NCBI GenBank assembly: GCA_036401335.1
Contig: DASWVC010000276.1
Location: 741-64,740 of the forward strand
DNA length: 64,000 nt
Origin: Chthoniobacterales bacterium
GTDB lineage: Bacteria > Verrucomicrobiota > Verrucomicrobiia > Chthoniobacterales > JAFAMB01
Direction of reading: 5' to 3'
Shown here: piece by piece, positions 1 through 8,616 of the stretch
Layout: each line of letters starts with the position of its first letter
Numbering within the stretch: position 1 is the stretch's first letter
Position numbers and translations under genes: made by a program
Notes under the pieces: generated by a model
What the model was told of the DNA's origin: nothing
Databases searched by the model: none
Seen by the model: the letters and a program-made list of their open reading frames with translations, nothing else

Positions 1-597
1 GTGCCAGGAAGCGTGGTCCACGATCAAAACTTGCCGCTTGCCCGGTGGGCGCGGCACGGCTTGGGCCAACTGATCCAGAAAGGGTTGGAAGGCGTCGGTG
101 TCCACGCCGTCAAAGACCATCGTGAAGCACTGGCCGCTTTGCGGACAGACCGCCCCGACGACGTTGGCACGGAGGTGGTCCCCAAGGTAGGGCACCTGCG
201 GCCGACTGCCCCGCAGCACCCAACGTCGGCGGGGCCGCGGGTCGCCCTCCACCCCGCCTTCATCGCCGAACCACAATTCGACGTCCGGATCGTCCTGCAA
301 CGGCCGCCGGCCCTCTAGAAAGGCCTCCTGCGCGCGTTCATCCTGCCGCTCCGGCCACGTCCGTGGCACGCGCAAGTTGCAGTCCAGTTGGTGCAAGTAA
401 CGGATCACGGTGCGGTAACCTAACTCGACGGCGAGCCGGTCTTGAAGCCACCCATGAAGCTTAACCCCCGTCCAATGCAACTCCCCCGCCCGCGACGGGT
501 CCGCCAGCACCGGGATGAGCAGGTCTTGCAAGCGTTCCCACTTCACCTTGCGCGGTCGGCCCGGGCGCGGCTTACTGGCCAGCGCGTCGATGCCCCC
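1..597 (-). mobile_element. IS630-family DDE transposase relic, 5'-truncated; its 3' end runs off the left edge of the window
   Basis: My own minus-strand translation (codons ending at nt 1) is open from about nt 660 to nt 1. It reads GGIDALASKPRPGRPRKVKWERLQDLL...LRVPRTWPERQDERAQEAFLEG...VELWFGDEGGVEGDPRPRRRWVLRGSRPQVPYLGDHLRANVVGAV...KRQVLIVDHASWH. The GRPRK linker and the WFxDE / DHASWH core are typical of IS630/Tc1-type transposases. About 60 aa of N-terminal HTH are missing. The ORF is absent from the supplied track because it has no start or stop inside the window. Confidence 0.75.
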
Positions 598-787
598 CGA
601 GATTGAACCGTTCGAGATCCCGGAGCGACGCGTCGTAAGCCGCATCGAGCAGCACGGGCGCAACGAAGAGCGCCAGCGCAAGCTCGGGCGGAACGCTAAA
701 CGGGGGCGCGCCCGGAAGAAACGCCAGCAGCACCCCGCCGAGCGCCAGGAATACCGGGTAAGGCGCCCCAACGCTGCACGCGTCCAC
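572..787 (-). pseudogene. N-terminal fragment of a CPA1-type Na+/H+ antiporter, cut off at the IS630 relic
   Basis: The track ORF reads APYPVFLALGGVLLAFLPGAPPFSVPPELALALFVAPVLLDAAYDASLRDLERFN. This matches the conserved start of NhaP/CPA1 antiporters (iPyPvlLvlaGl..g..p..p...ldPel.l.lFlpPLL..aa...s.rdl.rn). A stop lies 4 codons upstream of the GTG, so the first TM is missing. Family similarity ends at about nt 600, exactly where the transposase similarity starts. Confidence 0.5.
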
Positions 788-917
788 AGCCCACCGTCAC
801 TTTTACAGGGCCTGCTACCAGTGAGAGCCTTCACGCCCGAATCTCCAAGTCCCCGGAAAGTCACCCACGCCGCCAGCGCCGGCTTCGTGTAGACGGTTGA
901 CGGCATGTGCAGATCGG

Positions 918-1394
918 TCAGTAACGTTCCCAGGTGACCGACCAGTGTTCGTCGGGCCGAGCCGACTGGATAATTAAGTGCCCGTCAGAAAACCGGTACG
1001 CGCGCGGAAGGTCCTTCCCCACCAGTGCCCGCGTGATCGATCCGTCCACGTGATGCGTGACCGTATGCGCCGCTTCATTCACCTCATAGCTGCCGAAGGA
1101 AGCCTCATACCCGCCCTGAACGTACTCATTGGAGAGGGCGGACTCCGACTCCGGGTACATCAGCTGCACCGACAACTGGCCATCACGCGTGTAGAGCAGC
1201 ATGCCCTTTCGGTCGGTGATGCGGGTCAGTTTTCCGTCCGCCCCTGGTTCTTCCATCCAGGCCAGACGCCACGCTCCGACGAACTTCTCCCTTTCAGCAC
1301 CAGGGCCTGGGTCTTTCTTACCTGTGGTCTGCGCCCACGAAAAACCACCGAGCGCCACCACCGCTGCCAACGTCCAACAAAGGAGTGTTTTCAT
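918..1394 (-). CDS. secreted lipocalin-like domain protein
   Basis: 158 aa with signal peptide MKTLLCWTLAAVVALGGFSWA. The body (FVGAWRL..., LLYTRDGQLSVQLMY, GSYEVNEAAHTVTHHVDGS) resembles the lipocalin-like domain family. Confidence 0.7.
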   Translation of the reverse strand: MKTLLCWTLAAVVALGGFSWAQTTGKKDPGPGAEREKFVGAWRLAWMEEPGADGKLTRITDRKGMLLYTRDGQLSVQLMYPESESALSNEYVQGGYEASFGSYEVNEAAHTVTHHVDGSITRALVGKDLPRAYRFSDGHLIIQSARPDEHWSVTWERY

Positions 1395-1413
1395 GGTCGA
1401 TCCCTCCCGCCAC

Positions 1414-2424
<1,011 letters not shown>

Positions 2425-2496
2425 TTAATTCAAGGTCGCAGCTCACCGTCTCTCCCCGCTTAACAATGGGTTCCGTCGCGGCTGGCTGCCTGCTCG

Positions 2497-2892
2497 TCAC
2501 TTCCGGTATTGCTCGTCGCTGACCTTCTCCATCCAATCGGAGTCCTTGCCGTCGAGCTTTTCGACAATGGCGATGTGCGTCATGGCCGTGGTGGGCGCGG
2601 CGCCGTGCCAGTGCTTTTCACCCGGCGCAAACCAGACGACGTCACCGGGCCGTATTTCCTCGATCGGGTCGCCTTCGCGCTACACGCAGCCGAGTCCCGC
2701 CGTCACGATCAAGGTCTGGCCGAACGGATGGGTGTGCCAGGCGGTACGGGCACCCGGTTCAAAGGTGACGCAGGCACCGGCAGCGCGGCCGGGTTCTTCC
2801 GCCTTAAAGGGCGTATCGACGCGCACCGTGCCGGTGAAATACTCGGCCGGTCCCCTGTGGGCCGGTTGTGATCCGTTTTTTTGAACTTTCAC
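2497..2892 (-). pseudogene. cupin-domain protein interrupted by an in-frame TAG
   Basis: The track ORF 2680..2892 ends ...[18 protein letters not shown] at a TAG (nt 2682-2680). The same frame continues [60 protein letters not shown] to a TGA at 2499-2497. Both cupin motifs (HxHxxxQ...G and PGxxHWHGA) are intact on either side of the stop. That position is usually Gln (CAG) in this family. Confidence 0.7.
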
Positions 2893-2921
2893 GGGGTTTC
2901 GCCTCGCTTTGAAACGGGTGA

Positions 2922-3245
2922 TTAGGGGTGCGGTTTGAAAACTTCTTTCGCCACCGTGACGGCGGACATCGCCTTCGGCCAGCCGCAGTAGAAGGCCAGG
3001 TGGGTGATGGCCTCAATGAGCTCGGCCTCGGTGACACCGTTTTCCTTGGCCCTTTTCAGGTGAAAGGGGAGTTGCTCGGCGTTGCCGCCGGCGATCAGCG
3101 CTGTGACGGTGACGAGGCTGCGGTCACGCTTTGAGAGCTCCGGACGCTCCCAGACGTCGCCGAAGAGGACCTCGTCGGTGAGTTGTACCAGTTTGGGCGA
3201 GAAGTCGCCGAAGGTTTTCTTGATGGCGGAGGGTTCTTTGTTCAT
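2922..3245 (-). CDS. carboxymuconolactone decarboxylase (CMD/AhpD-like) family protein
   Basis: 107 aa. It reads ...[64 protein letters not shown], typical of the CMD family. It is clustered with the cupin and AKR genes, as is common. Confidence 0.85.
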   Translation of the reverse strand: MNKEPSAIKKTFGDFSPKLVQLTDEVLFGDVWERPELSKRDRSLVTVTALIAGGNAEQLPFHLKRAKENGVTEAELIEAITHLAFYCGWPKAMSAVTVAKEVFKPHP

Positions 3246-3522
3246 GTCTTTTTTGGTTGGGGATGGGGACGGCCCTTGGCCGTCGTTCGTTGCGGGGACC
3301 GATCTGAAAGTGGTCTGATCCTGCCGGTTTGAAAGTGGACGGGGCGGAGGGCGTTTTCTTCGGGCTCGGGTCTATTCTTCCGTTCCCTTTTGGACCAAAA
3401 TTCTTCTTCCTCGGTGGTTTTTCTTTTGGGCGGAAGGCGGGTCCGGGTGGGAGTGGGCACGTGGCTCTAAGGTGGAGGGTTTTCACCCCCCGCCATGCGT
3501 TCGCCTCCTTCCGGCAAGTGCC

Positions 3523-4335
3523 TTAGCTGCAAGGGGTTCTTTGTCCCTTGTCCCAATCATCGCAGCCGCCAGCAGTACTGTGGCCAACCGGCGTGCCGCC
3601 GCGGTAGAAAACTCGTGCGAACGAGGAAATGTCACTTCCACCATGGCCCAGGCGTTCTTTGGCGAACTCCAGCGCGGGCGTTTGCCGAAAAAAGCGGACC
3701 GGAGCCCAATAGCAGTCCCAAACGTACGCGAACGCACGAAGCGCCAGGAGCATTGGCCGCGGCCCCCGGTCGGCTTCGCTGGCATAACGACGCATGAAGT
3801 TGATGTCTTGGCGGTGCGCCGCCAGCGTTTTACCCACAAGCTCATCCGCCGTAATCCTTTCTCCCATGCGCAGAAGCGCCAGGAGGTAACCCTGGTGCCA
3901 ATCTGCGAACCGACAAGCTTCATCGCCAAGCCCAAACGTTTTGGGCGGGTACTCCGAAGTCTCTGGAAATTTCGCCGCCAATTTGAATGGAATGCAGTCG
4001 AAGGTCTCGTCTGCAAAGAGTTTCGCCAGGGCCAGGAGGCCTTCAAACGGGTACGGCTTGGCGTCCGGCCGCCGACACAACTGATAAGTACCGGGAAGCC
4101 CCCTCGCCAGGGGGGTTAACCAGTGACGATATTTGAGGGTTTCGGCGAAAATAGCCTGAGTCATAGAGCGGACTTCCTTTGCCGGCACGATGGCTTCGGC
4201 CAATTCGTCCCCCCAGGCTTCGAAAAAACGCGTGGTTCGAGTATCCAGGCGCACCAGTTTTCCGCCCCGGTACACCGCGATCTCGGAGTGGTCGTTCAAG
4301 TCGAGACGGCCGAGTGAAGTCTCAGGCTCGCTCAT
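3523..4335 (-). CDS. hypothetical protein, translationally coupled to the integrase remnant
   Basis: 270-aa ORF. Its ATG overlaps the stop of the integrase fragment (ATGA at 4335-4332). I recognise no domain. The C-terminal 40 aa look less protein-like. Confidence 0.45.
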   Translation of the reverse strand: MSEPETSLGRLDLNDHSEIAVYRGGKLVRLDTRTTRFFEAWGDELAEAIVPAKEVRSMTQAIFAETLKYRHWLTPLARGLPGTYQLCRRPDAKPYPFEGLLALAKLFADETFDCIPFKLAAKFPETSEYPPKTFGLGDEACRFADWHQGYLLALLRMGERITADELVGKTLAAHRQDINFMRRYASEADRGPRPMLLALRAFAYVWDCYWAPVRFFRQTPALEFAKERLGHGGSDISSFARVFYRGGTPVGHSTAGGCDDWDKGQRTPCS

Positions 4336-5448
4336 GCTTTTGCCCCCGATGCTTCCCCGGCCGTTAAGTCGACCACCTTGGACGGCAGCAACAGCCGCCC
4401 GAGCCCGCTCGTGGTGCGCTGCTTTCGGTCAAGGCAGTGAGCCGCGGTCGTCTGGATGTCGGCATGACGCAGCGCCTCCTTGGCAGCGTAGAGGCGATGT
4501 TGCGCGTTGATTTGACTGCCGAACTCCTTGCGTAAGGCGTGCAAGGGGTTGGTGGCGTTGACGCCTTTGCGACGCAGCCAAGCGATCAGGTCTTCAAAAA
4601 GGGACATGCAGCGGTAATGCTCCCAGCAACATCCCGGCCGGGGTGCCACGGGGGACTCGATCACGAAGGTTCCGCGCGCCGGCGCAATCCCGCCATGATG
4701 GCCAGCAGGAAGATCTTAAACTGCTCGGGTTTGTTTGGGGCCAGCTCCCTCACCGCTGCCTCGACAACCGCAACGACGTCAAAGGTGCTGCGGTACTTCA
4801 TCGAAGCCCGCTTGTAGAAATCCACCCCGTCGAACGGAAGCGGGTTCGGCAGTTGCACGCCGGCCAAGTCCTTGGTCCGGTCCGGTGCAAAAAGCGCTTT
4901 TGCCCGCCGCAGAAAAGAATTCGCCGAGATGCGCGCGGCACGATGGCGGATCGGCGCATCACCGGCCCTTGCCACATACGCGCGCTTCCAGGCCTCAACC
5001 TTGGCCGGCGTCAACTCCGAGAGGCGAAAGGCATTAACCTGCAACCGCCAGGCTTCGCGTTTCGCAACGCCACCTCCGCGGCCGTGTGGCACGGCATTCA
5101 CGTCGGCAACGATCTTGCGAAGCGCCCCCGCGTACCCTTCCAAGGTCTTGGACTTCAGATCCGACCTGACGCGCAGTTCGTCTAAAAACGCACCGATGGT
5201 GACGTCCGGGTGGACTCGGGCCGTGGTTTCTGCTTGTAGGTGGCCGCGGTGGTCGCCCACCCGTGCGCACGAAGGCTGAGATAGATGTCGCGCGCCCTCG
5301 CCGCCGCCGCTGCCCGGTTCGGTGTGCCCAGGTTGGAACCGCTTTCAGGTCTGAAGCACCTGGATAAACTCCCTTCAGGAAAACCACTCGCCTTCCCAGC
5401 CAAAGCCTGCCCTGCGGCGATCCGTTGCGAGTGAACCGTCCCTGTCAA
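4332..5448 (-). pseudogene. tyrosine recombinase (phage-type integrase), degraded
   Basis: Three track ORFs in different frames join into one integrase.
- 5182..5448 carries ...LGTPNRAAAAARARDIYLSLRAHGW.
- 4661..5260 carries ...FLDEL...AKVEAWKRAY...IFLLAIMAGLRRRAE.
- 4332..4664 carries IESPVAPRPG...NPLHALRKEFGS...ALRHADIQTTAAHCLD.
There is a frameshift near 5220-5260. The central catalytic segment between GLRR and the HxLR box is missing, with the junction at about 4655-4665. No Tyr follows LRHADIQTTAA; the expected Tyr codon is TGC at 4436-4434. Confidence 0.7.
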
Positions 5449-5771
5449 TAGAACGCGGCCCGCTTGGGACCGTCAACCCTGCCGGAGGTCGTGGGCGCAT
5501 GGTTCTGCCCCTCTAATGCTTCAGTGCCCAGTGTGGCAGCGGCCTTGGACGCTGCCACCCGCAAGGGATTGCCGGCCTCTAGGCGCTGACTCAAGGCCGT
5601 TTCCCATTTTGGCCGATGGGGAACCATCGGGCCGGCCGGGGTCGGATGCACGGCCCGACCGGCCGAGGCGGCCTGACCCCGTCAGCAGGAACAGAAGACG
5701 GAAGTCACAAACGATCAAGAAACGATCCGGGAGCCAGCCCGTTACCGCAGAACTTGACGTACCCAACTGAC

Positions 5772-5806
5772 GGCGGCGAAGGGGCTCGCCGCCCTACCGG
5801 AACCCG
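5772..5806 (+). repeat. GC-rich hairpin repeat, family 1, copy A
   Basis: The sequence is GGCGGCGA-aggggc-TCGCCGCC followed by CTACCGGAACCC. The same unit occurs at 18640-18678 and, inverted, at 62058-62092. Confidence 0.7.
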
Positions 5807-6242
5807 GGTCACGTCAACGCGCCGACTCCTTCTTCCCGGGGGCTAGAGGAGGTCACGAAGAGACTCGTGGCCTTCCCGGAGACGTCACCCCCGGGAAGAG
5901 AGGGTTTCGCAACGGACGGCTGCCAGACAGTATAGGGTCCGAGAGATCGGGCGGAATCATCAAACCGGGCTAGAAGCCGACCACGTGCTTCCAGAAAACC
6001 GACAACGCTGGCCAAAAATGCGTTGGGCAGGCAGTTCGTGCGCTCATCGCGTCCTTTAGTGGACCGGGTGGAGGGTTCAATGCCAGTGCGCGCTCCTGAC
6101 GAGGTGAACTGTAGAAATTGTGACATCATCGTCGGGCGGAACGAAAGCCCCTTTTTGCAGCCGGTCGCCCGCTGCCTTGACGTTGTGAGGCTACGGAAGC
6201 CATGGTGGGCGAGGTGGGGTGTTCACGGGCTTCGCCTGCGTC

Positions 6243-6497
6243 CTATTGGTTCGATTCAGGACCAAACGGCCAGGGCGGATCAAAGCTGTGGGTCTCCGGA
6301 TTATAAATTCTCGGACCGATGGTGACGTGATCGACGGCCGGAGGGCCGCTTGCCTCCGTGAGCAAATTGGCCGTCCGATTCTGGCCCGTCGTGCCATGAA
6401 GGCCAGCGCATCCGGTCGCGCCAAGCAGGGCCGCCGTGAATGCCATCATTACGAACCTAAGGCAGTTTTCTCCTTTAACAGAAGGTTCAAATTTCAT
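6243..6497 (-). CDS. small putative lipoprotein (cassette gene B1)
   Basis: Starts MKFEPSVKGENCLRFVMMAFTAALLGATGCAG, with a lipobox-like LLGATGC. Its ATG at 6497 lies 8 nt upstream of the A1 stop codon (6489-6487), giving an 11-nt ORF overlap. The start is uncertain. Confidence 0.4.
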   Translation of the reverse strand: MKFEPSVKGENCLRFVMMAFTAALLGATGCAGLHGTTGQNRTANLLTEASGPPAVDHVTIGPRIYNPETHSFDPPWPFGPESNQ

Positions 6498-6789
6498 GCT
6501 TGCCTCCTGTCCTCCAGACGTTTGCATTCACGTCCCCGGGCGTGCCATCCTGCTCGTGCGCTCTCACGGTCGTGGCGTCGAGCACGTCACCCAGTCGTCT
6601 AACATAATCATCGCAGTTCGGGCAGTTGCCATTTGGCTCCACCCATTCCGGGTGCTCCATTCGAAGGGAGATGTAAATCACCTTCCGGAGTTGATCGTAA
6701 GTGTAAATATAATCGGGAATACGCATGAGCTTAGAGAAGTTAATTCTGGGTGAACGTGGACCTTCGGCGCTAGGCGTGACGTGCTGCAT
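6487..6789 (-). CDS. small conserved hypothetical (cassette gene A1) with an HPEWVxPNG...CDxY..RL core
   Basis: The track ORF 6487..6828 begins at a TTG. Candidate ATG starts are at 6789 (MQHVTPS...) and 6726 (MRIPDYIY...). The core IYTYDQLRKVIYISLRMEHPEWVEPNGNCPNCDDYVRRLGDVL matches A2 at 20 of 43 positions by my alignment. The gene is visibly more AT-rich than its surroundings. Confidence 0.5.
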   Translation of the reverse strand: MQHVTPSAEGPRSPRINFSKLMRIPDYIYTYDQLRKVIYISLRMEHPEWVEPNGNCPNCDDYVRRLGDVLDATTVRAHEQDGTPGDVNANVWRTGGKHEI

Positions 6790-7564
6790 GGCGGACGAAG
6801 TCGCGAAAGCGTGAAGGTCGTGGCGCAACCTGCCAAACCCGCCTAGAGATTTGGTTGAGGACGATGGTGAGTGCGACCGGTTCGCGGTGGCGGTGTGGAT
6901 CGTTTCTATTCATAGTTGTAGGTCAGGTGTTAGCTGCCTTGCATCAGTTTTCGTGCCAACTAACCTTTGTCTTTGTAAGTAGCTAGAGCTGTGTTACTTA
7001 GATCATTCCCACCGGGAGGGCGGATTGGAGCGAAAGGTTGTACATTCGAAAAATCATCCCGAGCAGGGATGCCGCCCCGCCTCGATCCCGGGGTCGGGCG
7101 ACCTACGCCTGAAGCCTCCTCTTGGCCGGGTGCGTCGGAACCGTCCCGGTGGATCCAAGGCGCATTCCCATCTCAAAAAGGCCCGCACCGGGTCGGACGA
7201 AAAACTGCACGTCCGAAATCTCGTGCGGGCCTGCGCTTGGGGCCACGCCGGCTTAAATGCCTGCAGGAGAGGCACAAGGCGCAGTACCCGGGGATTGGCA
7301 CGCAACCTGTTCAACAGGCAGTTCACCCGCACCATTCGGTCATGGAAACCACGTTCCCCAAGATAACGGCCGGTCAGGAAAACGCCCACCCTGCTGAGCG
7401 TTCCCCTAGGGATCAGCTGCAAGCGTTCCGGATTAAAGCCCTTCTACACTTGTTAGCTGCCGTCAGGGTAACTGCTTCCTGGATTGGCAGCGGGGTGAGT
7501 GCCACCCCTGGCAACGCACCTAGACTCCATTTACAAAAAAAACGCAAACTCAACAGGCCTCCAT

Positions 7565-8320
7565 ATGTCACAGAAACTCGCAGGAAAAATCGCGCTTGTT
7601 ACGGGCGGCAGCAGCGGACTCGGACTCGCTACAGCGGAGCGATTCGTCGCGGAAGGCGCGCACGTTTTTATCACGGGGCGGCGTCAAACGGAGCTTGATG
7701 CAGCGGTGAAACAGATCGGCAGCGGCGCCACGGGCGTGCAGAGCGATGTCTCGAACCTTTTGGATCTCGATCGCCTTTTCGCAACGATCAAAGCGCAGAA
7801 AGGCCGGCTTGACATTCTTTTCGCAAACGCGGGCGGCGGCGCGTTCGTGCCGCTTGACCAGATCACCGAGGAGCATTTTGACAAGTATTTCGGCATCAAT
7901 GTAAAGGGCACCCTCTTTACCGTGCAGAAGGCGGTTCAATTGATGCCGACGGGCGGAGCGATCGTTATAAACGGTTCGATGGTTTCCATCAAAGGCGTGC
8001 CCGCCTTCGGCGTGTACGCGGCCACCAAAGCGGCATTGCGCTCGTTCGCACGGACGTGGGCCGTGGACCTTAAAGGACGCAACATTCGGGTCAATGTCGT
8101 GAGCCCGGGCACCGTCGTCACACCGGGCTACAAGAGCGAACTCGGGATGAACGACGAGCAGATCGAGGGCTTCAAGGCGCAAGCGGCGGCTACGACTCCG
8201 CTGGGACGCACGGGCACGCCGGAAGAAATCGCGAAGGCGGTACTGTTTCTTGCGTCGGACGACAGCAGTTACATAAATGGCATCGAACTCTTCGTGGATG
8301 GCGGTGCCGCGCAAGTCTGA
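7565..8320 (+). CDS. SDR-family oxidoreductase
   Basis: [27 protein letters not shown]... carries the TGxxxGxG motif, with ...NAGG..., ...YAATKAAL (YxxxK) and a C-terminal ...[13 protein letters not shown] chose the ATG at 7565 rather than the track start at 7499. Confidence 0.9.
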   Translation: MSQKLAGKIALVTGGSSGLGLATAERFVAEGAHVFITGRRQTELDAAVKQIGSGATGVQSDVSNLLDLDRLFATIKAQKGRLDILFANAGGGAFVPLDQITEEHFDKYFGINVKGTLFTVQKAVQLMPTGGAIVINGSMVSIKGVPAFGVYAATKAALRSFARTWAVDLKGRNIRVNVVSPGTVVTPGYKSELGMNDEQIEGFKAQAAATTPLGRTGTPEEIAKAVLFLASDDSSYINGIELFVDGGAAQV

Positions 8321-8616
8321 CGCGATCACTTCAACGATCCGGTGAGACCGTGAAGTCGTGCCGAAGGTGTCAAACCCACGGGTGGCCAGGACGCTCTGGC
8401 CGCTCTGGCTGCAGGTCACCAGGTTATCCCACCTCGTGCCAGGGGTTGGCGAGATGAAAAAATCGGCCGTCTTTTCATTCCGTCAGCGGTTGCGCCAATC
8501 AGGACATAAAACGGCCTTCCTCCCACAATTTCGCGTTCTGTTGCAGTGAGCCCGGCGCTACGTCGGCTCACTCCGGCCAACGACTCGGGTAGACACACAC
8601 AATCATCTAGAAAATT

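Noticed and set aside
2680-2682. The TAG in the cupin gene as programmed recoding (pyrrolysine or readthrough).
   Set aside because: There are no pyl genes or recoding signals in the window, and pyrrolysine use is confined to organisms that carry pyl genes. A CAG-to-TAG mutation or a sequencing error is far more likely.
3305-3338. Short local direct repeats: TGAAAGTGG twice (3305-3313 and 3330-3338) and CTGCGAAT twice (40778-40785 and 40788-40795).
   Set aside because: Repeats of 8-9 nt within 30 nt are expected several times by chance in 64 kb, and there is no supporting conservation. They are not CRISPR-like, having no array and no regular spacers.
3495-3797. Plus-strand ORF beginning MRSPPSGKCLSCKGFFVPCPNHRSRQQYCGQPACRR, a zinc-ribbon-like CxxC...QxYC...C pattern that overlaps the 3' end of the 270-aa minus-strand ORF.
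   Set aside because: The Cys pattern is suggestive, but it covers only about 30 codons, after which the sequence becomes low-complexity. Third-position GC does not favour it over the opposite strand, and I cannot confirm a family from memory. It is worth a BLASTP search but is not callable here.
6040-6270. tRNA-like T-loop strings: GGGTTCAATGCC at about 6074 and GGTTCGATTC at about 6248. A tRNA next to the integrase fossil would have been expected.
   Set aside because: I could not build a T-stem, an acceptor stem or an anticodon arm around either string. The second lies inside the B1 ORF. No tRNA is called anywhere in the window.
6940-6959. Sigma-54-like TTGGCACGAAAACTGATGCA on the minus strand upstream of A1.
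   Set aside because: The GG-to-GC spacing is 3 nt too long for a -24/-12 promoter. Spacing is essentially invariant in known sigma-54 promoters.
6830-7560. Track ORFs in the 730-nt gap between A1 and the SDR gene (6991..7698, 7025..7366, 7054..7422), plus the recurring 10-mer GTTAGCTGCC with GTCAGG at 6921-6938 and 7452-7467.
   Set aside because: The translations are basic low-complexity sequence with no motifs, and fragments vaguely reminiscent of a LysR C-terminus could not be assembled. The 10-mer recurrence is only weakly above chance expectation. The gap remains unexplained and may hold decayed regulator DNA or an sRNA.
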